The translations under genes were made by a program, and so were the position numbers. A stretch of DNA of 64,000 nucleotides from Armatimonadota bacterium (GTDB lineage Bacteria > Armatimonadota > UBA5829 > DTLH01), in contig JBDKUN010000033.1 in NCBI GenBank assembly GCA_039679675.1, positions 128,001-192,000 on the forward strand. The letters are read 5' to 3'. Below are positions 38,596-49,253 of this stretch, piece after piece. The notes under the pieces were generated by a model. That model made no database searches. It worked only from the letters and a program-made list of their open reading frames with translations, and was not told where the DNA came from. Every line of letters begins with the position of its first letter. The stretch's first letter is position 1.

Positions 38596-40368
38596 ATGAA
38601 TGAAGAGCAGATTGTAGCTGCAGCATGGGATTTAGTAAGCGACGACAAGGAACGGAGCTTCCAAGGCTACAAAACCATAAAAGAGGCCGGTGGAGACGCT
38701 GCAGCCGTACTTCTGCGGGTTGCACATGAATGGGATGAGCTCCAGCAGGCGAAATGGCTCGGTTTGTGGGGCAGCGGCAGCCCCACGGATGCCCTTGCGC
38801 ATGACATCAATGATTCAAGCGCAATCGATGCTCTTATAGAGAGTCTTCGTGACCCGATGCCTTGTTTTCGCGGGTTTGCCACTCTTGCTTTAGCAGAAAT
38901 CGATGATCCACGGGTACCCGGTCTGCTAGCTCAAGCTATTTCCGATGGAGATGCTGCAGTAAGGCGTAATGCGATCTATGGGCTGCAGCAATTTGGTGAT
39001 GAGCGCTCGTATGAACTGATTAAAGAGGCTATGAATGACGCAGACGATAGAGTTCGTTCTGCGGTGGCGCGTGCCATGCGCTGGATCGGTGGGACGGATA
39101 GTGCGGAAGTTCTAATCCGGGCGTTGACTGATCCTTCAGAACGAGTTGCGGCATCCGCTGCCGGATCGCTTGGTCATCTTGACATTAAGGAGGCTGTAGA
39201 CCCGCTTATTGTGGCATTGAAGAGCAGACAAGATAAGTTTGCTGCCATTAGAGCCCTTGGAAAGATCGGTGGCTGTCGCGCGGTAGCTCCAATAATGGAT
39301 ATTCTAATGACCACCGATAAGTATCTCATGCAGCTATCTGCGGCCAGTGCTCTTGTAAAACTTGCTCCAGATAAGGCTCTGGAGGCTCTTCTCACAATGC
39401 TGAAAAGTTCGGATGTCTCAAAGCGAAGGTTGGCTGCCGAGGCTCTTGGAAAACTAAAAAATGCTCGTGCTTGTGATTCGCTTGCAGAACATCTATCGGA
39501 TGATAGTCCTGTGGTGGCACAAGCTTCTGCGCTTGCTCTTGCCGCATTAGGCGATCATCGCGCGGTCGAACCGCTGATTTCAATTCTCCATATAGAGCCG
39601 GAGATGAAACCTGTAAAGATCAGTGTGAACCCTGATGTTTACAGAGACGAAGATATGGCTCGCTTTGCCAGAAATGCAGCAGCGATAGCTCTTGGCAAAC
39701 TCGGTGATTCCAGAGCTATTGAGCCACTGGCAGCGGCATTGGAGAATGAGTCGGTAGCTCCTTATGCTGCATTATCGCTGGCTCAACTCGGCGACTGCAG
39801 AGGGGTTCAGTATCTTCTTAATATGCTCAAATCGAGTGAAGAGCGGCAGATGTCCAAAGCTATTTATGCGCTCGGCGAATCGAAAGACCACAGGGCTGTT
39901 AAGCCGTTGGTAGAAATGCTTAACTCCGAAACTATTCACTGTGGAGAAAAACTATCCGTGCTCTCTGCCCTAGCGCGCATAGGGACGAAAGAGGCAGTTG
40001 CAGCCATCGAGTCCGTGATGTCTTCCGGCGGTGAGTCTGCCATGGATGCAGCTGGAGAGTTGGCGAAGTTGGGATATGGCTCCGGCTTTGAGTATCTGCG
40101 TTCAAAACTAGAGTCAGACGATGAGAAAGAGCGGTACAGGGCGGTATTCAAGCTTTCCTTTATTTCCGATAAACGCGCTACTGATCTATTATTATCTGTG
40201 CTTAACGACAAGTCCGATGCCATGCGGCTCCAGGCGGTAAGCGCACTTGGAGAAAGAGACGGCGAATGTGTAATCGGAGCACTGGAGACCCTGCTTAACG
40301 ACCCGAACAGGCGGATTCGGACGGCTGCATCACGGTCAGTTCGGAAGCTGGAGGCTATCAACAGATAA
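38596..40368 (+). CDS. HEAT (PBS lyase) repeat protein
   Basis: Many repeats of type AAEALGKL.D.RA..PLI..L.D. Confidence 0.88.
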   Translation: MNEEQIVAAAWDLVSDDKERSFQGYKTIKEAGGDAAAVLLRVAHEWDELQQAKWLGLWGSGSPTDALAHDINDSSAIDALIESLRDPMPCFRGFATLALAEIDDPRVPGLLAQAISDGDAAVRRNAIYGLQQFGDERSYELIKEAMNDADDRVRSAVARAMRWIGGTDSAEVLIRALTDPSERVAASAAGSLGHLDIKEAVDPLIVALKSRQDKFAAIRALGKIGGCRAVAPIMDILMTTDKYLMQLSAASALVKLAPDKALEALLTMLKSSDVSKRRLAAEALGKLKNARACDSLAEHLSDDSPVVAQASALALAALGDHRAVEPLISILHIEPEMKPVKISVNPDVYRDEDMARFARNAAAIALGKLGDSRAIEPLAAALENESVAPYAALSLAQLGDCRGVQYLLNMLKSSEERQMSKAIYALGESKDHRAVKPLVEMLNSETIHCGEKLSVLSALARIGTKEAVAAIESVMSSGGESAMDAAGELAKLGYGSGFEYLRSKLESDDEKERYRAVFKLSFISDKRATDLLLSVLNDKSDAMRLQAVSALGERDGECVIGALETLLNDPNRRIRTAASRSVRKLEAINR

Positions 40369-40384
40369 ACTTTGATAAGGTTGC

Positions 40385-40411
40385 TGGCCGGGATTAGGGG
40401 AATCCCGGCCA
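40385..40411. terminator. Hairpin between convergent genes (bidirectional terminator)
   Basis: TGGCCGGGATT-AGGGG-AATCCCGGCCA, a perfect 11-bp stem. Confidence 0.7.
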
Positions 40412-40455
40412 TTTCCGACCACTCGTTCTCTTGCATCGAGGCATCATTGACTCAA

Positions 40456-41592
40456 TTATCTGACACGAATATCTGCAATCATCTGTTTCATTAGGATGCA
40501 CTTGAGCGCACCGTTTGCTTCTGACGCGATCTGTGCCGCAGGCTCGCCGTTGAGCGCGGCGTCTTCGTCTGTTATCTCGATTATCACCTGATTGCGGGCT
40601 ATGACCGCGTTTTCAGATACTTTGACCTCACGAATTTGTAACCCTTTGTCAAGGAGGTCGTTTATCCGTTCAGCGGCAGCTTTAGCGCTTGATTCCTGTT
40701 TAAGCTTACAAATGAATCTTTGACCAACTGATACTTCATACGCCCCGGCCTTATTATCACCGGACTTTGCTACCCGGGCTGAATTGGACGTTGTGACGGC
40801 CCGGCGGTTGATCTCGATGCCGCGTGCTTCAATGTTACTTTTAACCGCTTCAACACGCTCCCAGGGGTGCGGGTGGGTCTGGAGTATGCCCCAGTTAACG
40901 AGATCGGGGTGGTCCGCAAGCCGTTCAAGAAATGTCAGCATCCCGACCGGGTTGTACCCTGCCTGGATAAGGTAGTCTATCGCTGTCAGATCAGCGTCGC
41001 GTTCCGCCTTCTGACCAAAACCGCTGATTTTGCCGGTTTTATAATACTGAGCGCCCATCATCACGTTGGACATGTCTCCGGAGCGCATGTTTCCAAGGAG
41101 ACTCGCGACAAGGATGATAGCTGTTTTACCCTCTATGCGGGACTGCTCTTTGAGCAGGTAGACCATGTGGTGGTGTGCGGCATGAGCTATCTCATGTGCC
41201 AGCACACCGGCTAGTTCGTGGTCGGTTTCGCAGGCGTTAATGAGTCCTTTGTAGACATATATATGACCACCGGGGATGGAGAACGCGTTAATGTCATCGC
41301 TGTCGATTACCTTGAAGGTATAGTCGAATTTGGTGAGGGTTGGGCATCCGTAACCGGCAGGAAGCTCTTGGGCATTCGCTGCGTCGGCAAGCGATCTGCC
41401 GATGCGCTGTACACGCGCTATCATCTCTGCATCTTTGACCATTACGCAGTTCTTCTCGGCTTCAACTGCAGCTTCCTTGCCCATTTGTATCTCTTCCGCG
41501 CCAATGCTCGGGATAGGCCCCGAAGCCCAGGCGGCGCAGGCCAATGATATGAGTAAAATAGCTGTTATCGTGTAGATGATGGACCTGGACAT
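40456..41592 (-). CDS. M48-family zinc metalloprotease (BepA/YfgC-like), secreted
   Basis: INAFSIPGG, LAHEIAH (HExxH), ERDAD, QTHP. Start re-called to MSRSII after GGAGGGG. Confidence 0.9.
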   Translation of the reverse strand: MSRSIIYTITAILLISLACAAWASGPIPSIGAEEIQMGKEAAVEAEKNCVMVKDAEMIARVQRIGRSLADAANAQELPAGYGCPTLTKFDYTFKVIDSDDINAFSIPGGHIYVYKGLINACETDHELAGVLAHEIAHAAHHHMVYLLKEQSRIEGKTAIILVASLLGNMRSGDMSNVMMGAQYYKTGKISGFGQKAERDADLTAIDYLIQAGYNPVGMLTFLERLADHPDLVNWGILQTHPHPWERVEAVKSNIEARGIEINRRAVTTSNSARVAKSGDNKAGAYEVSVGQRFICKLKQESSAKAAAERINDLLDKGLQIREVKVSENAVIARNQVIIEITDEDAALNGEPAAQIASEANGALKCILMKQMIADIRVR

Positions 41593-41661
41593 ACAGATTA
41601 CCCCCTCCCGGCAATGGATTCCTGGCATAGCAATTTCGCTTTGTCTATATCAGAAAATAGT

Positions 41662-41677
41662 TGCACTGGATGTGCCA
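41662..41677 (-). promoter_or_regulatory. Candidate sigma54 (-24/-12) promoter for the M48 peptidase
   Basis: Minus strand reads TGGCACATCCAGTGCA, i.e. GG-N10-GC, about 70 bp upstream of the start. Confidence 0.55.
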
Positions 41678-41881
41678 AGGCCCCCCGCTTTTCTACCGGT
41701 TTATTGACAGAAAATTGTCGATAAATGTTGACATTACCGTCCAGATGAGCTAAAATTAAGCTCAACGATAGCCCCGAAAGTCAGACAAAGTCGTCTCTCT
41801 GCAGGTATGCAAGGAGAATTTGCTATTATGTCCACACGTGAGAGATATGGAAGAAATCCCTTGTCAGGGAGGGGACGATCC

Positions 41882-42424
41882 ATGTCTAGTTTAACAGTAT
41901 ATCTAGCCATACTCATGATGGGCTCCAACTTCTCGTCCACAGCTGCGGCGAAGGAGCCGGTACATCAGACCGTAAAGGTCCAGTCATCCATACAGCAGCC
42001 GTCTGACGTGCAGTTGACCGAAGAAGAGCAGCGGTTTATCGACCTCACCAATTCTGAACGGCTTCTTCGAGGCTTGAACGCGCTGAAGATGGATACTCAG
42101 CTTGTGGAAGTAGCAAGGGAGCACAGCAAAGAGATGGCCGATAAGAATTATTTCGACCATGTATCTCCGACGCCTGGTCTCAGGACGGCTGTAGACAGGT
42201 ATCTTGCTGTGGTAAAACAACGGCCGACTTGGGCTCTCGTTGGAGAGAACCTGTTTTACTGTTCAATCGTGGATGTGAACAGAGGACACACCTGCCTTAT
42301 GGAAAGCAAATCGCACCGCGACAACATCCTCAATCCGCGGTTTGAGCGGATGGGTGTCGGGGTTTATAAGTCTCCGGATGGACAGTTCTGGGTTACGGAG
42401 ATGTTTCTTTCGGTAGTCGATTGA
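41882..42424 (+). CDS. CAP/SCP domain secreted protein
   Basis: TNSER...AREHSKEMADKNYFDH, GENL, SHRDNIL, MGVG. GGAGGGG RBS before ATG 41882. Confidence 0.88.
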   Translation: MSSLTVYLAILMMGSNFSSTAAAKEPVHQTVKVQSSIQQPSDVQLTEEEQRFIDLTNSERLLRGLNALKMDTQLVEVAREHSKEMADKNYFDHVSPTPGLRTAVDRYLAVVKQRPTWALVGENLFYCSIVDVNRGHTCLMESKSHRDNILNPRFERMGVGVYKSPDGQFWVTEMFLSVVD

Positions 42425-42500
42425 CGCTGGTAAAAAAAACTGATAGAATGTGCGCAATGGGAGCAGACTGCATTAATTAATCAGGCTGCTCCCTTTTGGT

Positions 42501-43277
42501 ATGCCTATGTTACTAGCAATCGATGTTGGAAATACAAATACGACGTTTGCCGTCTTCGATGGTGAGCTTCTAGAGGCGGATTGGCGCATCGGCACGGTCG
42601 CGCGGCGGACCGAAGATGAGTATCTGGTGCTTGTTTCAGAGCTCTTGGTGCATGATGGCTTGAAACCTGGCATGATCGACGGTATTATCATATCCAGCGT
42701 AGTACCGGCCACAGTTTTTCCCCTTGTAAGACTTGCTGCAAAGCTGTTCGGCATAAACGATCCATTAGTGCTTAATGCGGACAATGCCGGAGTGGATGTT
42801 CACTACAATCCCAGGTCGGATGTTGGTGCGGACAGGCTCGCAAATGCTGTTGCAGCTCATGCGCTCTACGGAGAGCCGGTGATAGTCGTCGATTTCGGCA
42901 CTGCGACCACTTTCGACGTTGTCGGAGCGGACGGCGCGTACCTGGGAGGTGCCATAGCCCCGGGGATAGAGACCTCACTCGAAGCTCTTGTGACCAAAGC
43001 CGCGCAGCTCAGGCGCGTTATGTATGTCAAGCCTCCTTCGGTTATAGGAACGAGCACGATAGAAAGCCTGCAATCGGGCGTTATCTATGGTTTTGCCGGC
43101 CAGGTGGACGGTATTGTGGAAAAGCTGCGCGAAGAGATCGGAAAAAACGCCCACGTCATCGCAACAGGCGGACTCGCTGCATTGATTGCCTCCGAAAGCA
43201 AGACTATAGAGGGTGTTGACCCGCTTCTTACGCTGAACGGTCTCAGGTTGATCTACGAACGGAGATCGCGGGGCTGA
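42501..43277 (+). CDS. coaX: Type III pantothenate kinase
   Basis: LAIDVGNTN, SSVVP, VGADR, VVDFGTATT, GGAIAPG, ATGG. Confidence 0.95.
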   Translation: MPMLLAIDVGNTNTTFAVFDGELLEADWRIGTVARRTEDEYLVLVSELLVHDGLKPGMIDGIIISSVVPATVFPLVRLAAKLFGINDPLVLNADNAGVDVHYNPRSDVGADRLANAVAAHALYGEPVIVVDFGTATTFDVVGADGAYLGGAIAPGIETSLEALVTKAAQLRRVMYVKPPSVIGTSTIESLQSGVIYGFAGQVDGIVEKLREEIGKNAHVIATGGLAALIASESKTIEGVDPLLTLNGLRLIYERRSRG

Positions 43278-43281
43278 TTAA

Positions 43282-44307
43282 GTGGAAGCTGTAAGACTTA
43301 GTGAAGTACCGGCAGCATTAGTCATAGGCGGTGTCGTAATAAATCCTCCGATTATCCTCGCACCGATGGCAGGGATCACCAACCATGCCTTCAGGATGAT
43401 GTGCAAGGAAGCCGGTAGCTGCGGGATGGTCACGACAGAGATGATCAGCGGGCATGCATTGAAGTTCGGCCATAAGAGAACGTGGAAGATGCTCGATTGG
43501 ACCGATGAAGAACGCCCTGTATCTGCTCAGGTCTTCGGTTCGATCCCGGATGTCGTGGCGGAAGGCGCGCGGATGCTCGCAGAGGCCGGAGCGGACATAA
43601 TCGAGATAAATATGGGCTGCCCCGCGCCAAAGGTCGTCAGATCAGGCTCAGGTTCTGCGCTCCTAAAAGATTTGAAGAAGGCTGAGGAGATGATCTCCTC
43701 CACCATAAAGGCGGTCGATATTCCCGTTATGGTGAAGACACGCAGCGGTTGGGATGAGAACACGGAAACGGCTGTCACGGTTGCTAAAATGGTTGAGGAC
43801 CATGGCGGGGCAGGGATCACGGTACATGGCCGGACTGCTGTCCAGAAATTCACCGGAAGCGCCGACTGGGACATCATAAGAAAGGTAAAAGAAGCCGTTT
43901 CGATCCCTGTCATAGGGAACGGCGACATCAAGGCACCGGAGGACGTCAGGCGGATGTTTGACGAGACCGGCTGTGATGGTGTTATGATAGCTAGGGCGGC
44001 TGTCGGAAACCCATGGCTTTTTTCGAGAGCGCATGCGTATCTAATAGAGGGGGTTGTGCCTCCAGATCCGGGATACCTTGCCAGAATAGATGCATCCAGA
44101 AGGCACGCGAGACTTCTGGTGAAGGCTGTCGGGGAGCATCGCGGCAGCCAGGAGATGCGCGGGCACATAGCTCTCTATATTAAAGGAACGCCCGGCTCGG
44201 CAAAGATTCGAGCCAGGATCATGACAACGAATAATTTGGAAGAAATAGAAGAAGTATTAGATGAAGCGAGTAGTCAGTGTAAGCCTGGGTTCGACCAGCG
44301 GAGATAA
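43282..44307 (+). CDS. dusB: tRNA-dihydrouridine synthase
   Basis: [31 protein letters not shown]. Confidence 0.93.
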   Translation: MEAVRLSEVPAALVIGGVVINPPIILAPMAGITNHAFRMMCKEAGSCGMVTTEMISGHALKFGHKRTWKMLDWTDEERPVSAQVFGSIPDVVAEGARMLAEAGADIIEINMGCPAPKVVRSGSGSALLKDLKKAEEMISSTIKAVDIPVMVKTRSGWDENTETAVTVAKMVEDHGGAGITVHGRTAVQKFTGSADWDIIRKVKEAVSIPVIGNGDIKAPEDVRRMFDETGCDGVMIARAAVGNPWLFSRAHAYLIEGVVPPDPGYLARIDASRRHARLLVKAVGEHRGSQEMRGHIALYIKGTPGSAKIRARIMTTNNLEEIEEVLDEASSQCKPGFDQRR

Positions 44308-45178
44308 AAAAGTAACCACAACCCTTCTTGGAGAAGAATTTGAGATTTCCCGTGTAGGAACGAACGGCGATATGAAACGTTTCGCTGAGTTGATGCGGGA
44401 ATATGACGGAAATGTCGATGCAATCGGCCTCGGAGGAATCGATCGGTATCTTGTTGCTAATAATAAAAAATATGTCGTAAGAGATGCCGAACGCCTTGCG
44501 AGATACGCTGTAAAGACTCCTGTGGTAGACGGAAGCGGGATCAAAAACACGCTGGAACGAGAGACTATGGAGTGGCTGCAGCGCGAGGGCATAATCGATT
44601 TCTCGACAAAAAATGTCCTGGTAGTCTCTGCTGTTGACCGTTTCGGTATGGGTGAGGTAATAGGCAGGCTCGCAAAAAAGGTCATATTTGGTGACCTGAT
44701 GTTTGCCGTCGGCATACCGATACCGATCAAAAGTTGGGCAGGACTCAAACTTCTGGGCACGATCTTCCTGCCGCTCATCGTGCGGCTGCCGTTTCAGTGG
44801 CTTTATCCGACGGGTTCGAAGCAGGACAAGATCACGCCGAAGTATGAGAAATATTTCAGATGGGCGGATATTATAGCCGGTGATTATAAGCTGATAGGCC
44901 GGTATATGCCTCCGCCGGAGTCCGGGGCACTAAAGGGAAAGACTGTTATTACGAATACTCTGACATCAAGCGACGTCGAGAACCTGAAGGAACGGGGAGT
45001 CGATACTCTCGTCACATCGACGAAGGAGTTCGACGGACGCACCTTTGCGACGAATGTAGTTGAAGGCATAATTATCGCAATATCGGGCAAACGCCCGGAA
45101 GATATGACGCCGGACGATTACCTCGATACGCTGAAAAAACTCGACTGGAAGCCGACAGTCAGGAAACTGGGACAATAA
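44261..45178 (+). CDS. Conserved protein of unknown function (family often auto-labelled quinate 5-dehydrogenase)
   Basis: [11 protein letters not shown]...VDAIGLGG...[12 protein letters not shown]...VDRFGM pattern. Coupled to the next gene. Confidence 0.65.
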   Translation: MKRVVSVSLGSTSGDKKVTTTLLGEEFEISRVGTNGDMKRFAELMREYDGNVDAIGLGGIDRYLVANNKKYVVRDAERLARYAVKTPVVDGSGIKNTLERETMEWLQREGIIDFSTKNVLVVSAVDRFGMGEVIGRLAKKVIFGDLMFAVGIPIPIKSWAGLKLLGTIFLPLIVRLPFQWLYPTGSKQDKITPKYEKYFRWADIIAGDYKLIGRYMPPPESGALKGKTVITNTLTSSDVENLKERGVDTLVTSTKEFDGRTFATNVVEGIIIAISGKRPEDMTPDDYLDTLKKLDWKPTVRKLGQ

Positions 45179-46270
45179 ATGGAAAAATTTGGATTTATCA
45201 TCCATCCACTCGACGCAAAGCGGGATGTCGCAAGAAAATACCCGATTGCCAAGTATCTCCCTGAGAGTTGGATCGAATGGGGGATGGCAAGGAAAAAACC
45301 CATGGAGGTCTCTCATGTAACCGGAATTCGCTCGAAGACCGGAGTAGAGGCCGAAGGGTGGCTGGTCGGTTGCCCGCTTACGCCAAAGCAGATGCTGGAA
45401 CTGCCGGTGGATTTTGTATACAGCAGAATTATCGGTGCGGCAAAGGTCGCGCAGGAACTCGGTGCTAAGATCGTAGGACTTGGAGCGTTTACATCGGTTG
45501 TCGGAGACGGTGGAAAGACTATAGCAGAGAATGTCGATATTGCCGTCACGACCGGAAACAGCTATACAATTGCAACTGCAATAGAGGGTGCGCTCAGAGC
45601 CGCTGCACTGATGGATATCGACCCGGATAAGGCATTGGTCGCGGTAGTTGGAGCTGCTGGGGCTATCGGTCGAACATGTGCGGAGATAATGTCGCAAAGG
45701 ACCGCGAAACTGTCACTTGTAGGACGTTCGGAGACCCCCCTTCAGAATATGGCTGAAGAGCTTCGGCCAAAAAGCAAAGCGGAGATAATCGTTTCGACTG
45801 ACGTGGAGAAAGGAATACGCGACGCGGACATAGTGATAGCTGTGTCGAGCGCGGTCGATGCGATAATTCATCCTCAGCATATCAAGCCGGGAGCTGTTGT
45901 TTGCGATGTCGCGCGCCCCAGAGATGTTTCCAAGCGAGTAATAGAGGAACGCGATGATGTTCTGGTGATAGAAGGCGGCGTAATCGCGGTTCCCGGTGAT
46001 GTGGATTTCCGGTTCAACTTCGGATTTCCTCCGAAGACTGCGTATGCCTGCATGTCTGAGACAATGATGCTGGCCTTAGACGGCCGTTACGAGAACTTTA
46101 CGCTCGGTAAAGAAGTAAGCGTCCGGCAGGTGGAAGAGATCTCAGCGATAGGCGCAAAACACGGGTTCGATCTGGCCGGGTTCAGGAGCTTCGAGAAAGC
46201 CGTGACCGACGAGCAGATAGATGCAACCCGCAAAGCCGCGAAACGCAAACTGGCAGCAACAAAGGCGTAA
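45179..46270 (+). CDS. Acyl-ACP/CoA reductase-like NAD(P)-binding protein (COG5322-like)
   Basis: FGFIIHP, GLGAFTSVV, VTTGNSYT, VVGAAGAIG, DVARPRDV, AYACMSETM. Confidence 0.75.
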   Translation: MEKFGFIIHPLDAKRDVARKYPIAKYLPESWIEWGMARKKPMEVSHVTGIRSKTGVEAEGWLVGCPLTPKQMLELPVDFVYSRIIGAAKVAQELGAKIVGLGAFTSVVGDGGKTIAENVDIAVTTGNSYTIATAIEGALRAAALMDIDPDKALVAVVGAAGAIGRTCAEIMSQRTAKLSLVGRSETPLQNMAEELRPKSKAEIIVSTDVEKGIRDADIVIAVSSAVDAIIHPQHIKPGAVVCDVARPRDVSKRVIEERDDVLVIEGGVIAVPGDVDFRFNFGFPPKTAYACMSETMMLALDGRYENFTLGKEVSVRQVEEISAIGAKHGFDLAGFRSFEKAVTDEQIDATRKAAKRKLAATKA

Positions 46271-46310
46271 AGTAGGGAACAGAAATCTAGTGGCCGGGCT
46301 CTGTCCAACC

Positions 46311-46364
46311 CCGTGGACCTACTGGACCACGGGGGTATTAACCGTGGACCTACTGGACCACGGG
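46311..46364. repeat. Tandem 23-bp palindromic repeat (2 copies, 31-bp period)
   Basis: CCGTGGACCTACTGGACCACGGG at 46311-46333 and 46342-46364. Confidence 0.85.
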
Positions 46365-46518
46365 AGGCCATCGGATCTGCAATAGCCGGACTCTACCCAT
46401 GATTGCTACTAGTTTAGGCGTAAAACCAACAGATACAGCATTATCAATGACTGGTTATGTATCAGTAAGATTGTTACATCATTACTCGAAACTCTTTAGG
46501 GAATGAGGGTATATTACA

Positions 46519-48594
46519 ATGAAGGCAATCATCCTTGCTGTTGTCATTATTCTGCTTCCTTGTGTCATGTGGGCAGCTAAAATCTCCGTAGATGCCAACA
46601 CACAAAAGACAACTCCTTCTACAAACGAACTGCTAGATGAACGACTTGCAAAATGCATAACTTACACAGCTATTGGAAAGCGACTGCACACGGTATTGGA
46701 GGAAATCAGTGCACAGACTGGCGTTATAATCAACTGCGGAAGCAGTAAAGACGATTGGAAGGTGCGAGACCTGCCAATTGTCGTATGTGTAAAGGATTTG
46801 CCTCTTGAAAAGTTGCTCCGCGGGATTGCCGATTGCTGCCATCTGCAATTCACATCATCAAAAATCGAAGGTGTCAGACGGTATAGAATATTACGGGGGC
46901 CCGTACGCGAAAAGGCAATCACCGATTACCTGCTCAAACGTGATGGGTATCAAGATACCAGGACCAACTATGAATGGGACACCTTGGTAATGCTGGGCTC
47001 GATGTCGGATTGCGACATTAAGGTGGACCCAGCTGAGTTCAAGAAAAAGACTGGGTCTGATTTCACACAAATAATGGATCTTGCCAGGATCATGGCTTCC
47101 TTACCCGCTGATGCGAAGCAGCGGATTCTCGCAGGGGAGCGCATTACGATAAAAGCACAGAACCTGCCTGCAAAACTGGCCACATCTCTGCGGAACTTTT
47201 ACCGGGATGCATGGGATAAAGACCAGAAATCACAAGCAGGTATGACTAGCTTTGAACCGAAACCGGTCTCGGAATCGGACCTTCAGAACGTCAAGCTCAC
47301 TTTTTCTGCAACTGAGGGCGAATACAAGTCTATCTCTAAAGTCCTGGAAACTTCGACCGGGATTTTTGCCAATACGCTTGCGATTGGTATTCCTCTTGAT
47401 GACCTGAGTAGAATAATCCCGAACTGTCCAAAACCACCTCAGCTTCCGCAGATGCCTAAGTACGATTGTGCAAAAAGTATGATTTGTCTTGAAGACGCAC
47501 GCAAGACGGGTGTAGAGCTGAAAAAGAGTATCAAGATAAAAAAGCCTGATGTTAAACGGGAAATTATTTTCTCGGACTGTGTTGCTGCAGTATCTGATAC
47601 TTCGGGATACTCAATAATATGCGAGGATTTTGACAGTTACCAAAGCCAGGGGACGGAAGATTTCGACATCTTCGATAGGAAGTATTCTCTTGATTATGTG
47701 CTATCAAACTTGAGTTCGCATACTGATTGGATGATAGATAAAGACAGCAAAATGCTGGTCGGTATGGCAAAGTATTGGTGTGATAGGCATGACCGTCTTG
47801 TTGCAGAAAGCCTAATTGAATATCTTTTATACAAACTGAATACTGAAGGAGTGGAACTCGATGATGCCGTTGCAATCAAAGAGCAGCTTACATCGGGACA
47901 ATATTCCGACTGGATTCAGGACAATCGAGAACTGAGGATGTTAGCTTGGTATTTGATGGCGGACAAAGAACCGTTCTGGAAGCTTTATAGCTCACTTTCC
48001 GACTATGACAAGAACCGGGCGAATTCAATGAGTGGTTTACCGCTGGCAGACTTTGACCCCTGGTATCTTGCCAGCATCTTCAAGGAAAGTGCCGATGGTG
48101 AGAGAAAAATCGTTATGCGATCAGATAATCCATTGCGGGAAATACTCTCTGCTGTTAAAAATAAGCTGGAAATGCAGGAGTGTCTCCGGGAATGGCTTCT
48201 GCAGACATATCCGGAGATTGCTGAGTCCGGTGTACAGGGCGCGGGAATCGATCTGGATCAGTTAGTAACCGAAATGAAGGAAGCGTTTCCCGGGATTGCC
48301 AAAGATGCATTCACTATACCCACGGATCCAGCGGTCATCATTACATTAACCTTACGCGTGCAGCAGATCAATCCTAAACCTTTGGTTAGTACCAACGAGA
48401 CTAAGAATGAAGTAGGGAATACTCATTGGGATAATGCCGAGAACGGAATCAGCAAACACCGATATAGAATGTCGATTGAAGGACCAGGAATAAGCCTGGA
48501 AATAGCCGGACCGAACCTGAGTTTCCCTATCTATTCCCAAAAGCGAGAAGAAGAGATTCTGCAGAAATTGCAAAACAAAAATGAGACGCAGTAA
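46519..48594 (+). CDS. Secreted hypothetical protein with secretin/STN-like N-terminal segments
   Basis: Signal peptide; LHTVLEEISAQTGV and LPLEKLLRGIA resemble STN-type repeats. Confidence 0.6.
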   Translation: MKAIILAVVIILLPCVMWAAKISVDANTQKTTPSTNELLDERLAKCITYTAIGKRLHTVLEEISAQTGVIINCGSSKDDWKVRDLPIVVCVKDLPLEKLLRGIADCCHLQFTSSKIEGVRRYRILRGPVREKAITDYLLKRDGYQDTRTNYEWDTLVMLGSMSDCDIKVDPAEFKKKTGSDFTQIMDLARIMASLPADAKQRILAGERITIKAQNLPAKLATSLRNFYRDAWDKDQKSQAGMTSFEPKPVSESDLQNVKLTFSATEGEYKSISKVLETSTGIFANTLAIGIPLDDLSRIIPNCPKPPQLPQMPKYDCAKSMICLEDARKTGVELKKSIKIKKPDVKREIIFSDCVAAVSDTSGYSIICEDFDSYQSQGTEDFDIFDRKYSLDYVLSNLSSHTDWMIDKDSKMLVGMAKYWCDRHDRLVAESLIEYLLYKLNTEGVELDDAVAIKEQLTSGQYSDWIQDNRELRMLAWYLMADKEPFWKLYSSLSDYDKNRANSMSGLPLADFDPWYLASIFKESADGERKIVMRSDNPLREILSAVKNKLEMQECLREWLLQTYPEIAESGVQGAGIDLDQLVTEMKEAFPGIAKDAFTIPTDPAVIITLTLRVQQINPKPLVSTNETKNEVGNTHWDNAENGISKHRYRMSIEGPGISLEIAGPNLSFPIYSQKREEEILQKLQNKNETQ

Positions 48595-48675
48595 TAGTAC
48601 CTTATTAAGCTGGAATGTATCTGTAACAGTTCAGTCTTGTGAAAATTATATCATCATCCCCAATAACCAACACAA

Positions 48676-49167
48676 TCACGGTGATTTACATGTTCGCTTC
48701 ACTTGGCCATCTAAGTAGAAGACCCACCAATGGCTATCCCGGTAGCACTTCTCGAATAGAACAGCAGTATGCCGCCGTTCTTTTTCTGGAATATCCTGCA
48801 AATATCGTCCACTAAGTGATGGATTGATCTCATAGCTTACAGTGTCATGAGATTGGTCAGATGGACACTTGAGATAACTAATAATATTCTCTTCTTCTAC
48901 CTGCATTCGCCGATAATCGTTTAGCGCCGCCACCCATCGTGGGCATGACCTTTTTTTATCCCAGCCAAGTGGAGGCATCAGCCCGTCGTTGTCTTCCACA
49001 TAAGCAATCAGGGCTCTACCGAGAAGCTCTATGTTGTTTTTACACATAGATGATTTTACAACAGATACAGTAGTCCGCGTAGCTAATGTGATCATATAAA
49101 AAGCCACACAAGCAACAAACACTGCAATGATGCCCAGTTTTCCCCATACATTAGATCGTGTAACCAT
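48676..49167 (-). CDS. DUF1559 / H-X9-DG-like pseudopilin-related protein
   Basis: TM segment, CKNN.ELLGRALIAYVEDND, LKCPSD, SY.IN, FYLDGQVK. Confidence 0.65.
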   Translation of the reverse strand: MVTRSNVWGKLGIIAVFVACVAFYMITLATRTTVSVVKSSMCKNNIELLGRALIAYVEDNDGLMPPLGWDKKRSCPRWVAALNDYRRMQVEEENIISYLKCPSDQSHDTVSYEINPSLSGRYLQDIPEKERRHTAVLFEKCYRDSHWWVFYLDGQVKRTCKSP

Positions 49168-49253
49168 AGCTTAAACCCTAATCTATATATTGACCCTAAT
49201 CTAGTTCCAGAATAAAGTAGTATCAGCTTTCAGTAAATACGTCACTCTGAACT

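Noticed and set aside
46311..46364. Palindromic 23-bp repeat pair as CRISPR
   Set aside because: Only two units with an 8-bp spacer, and no cas genes.
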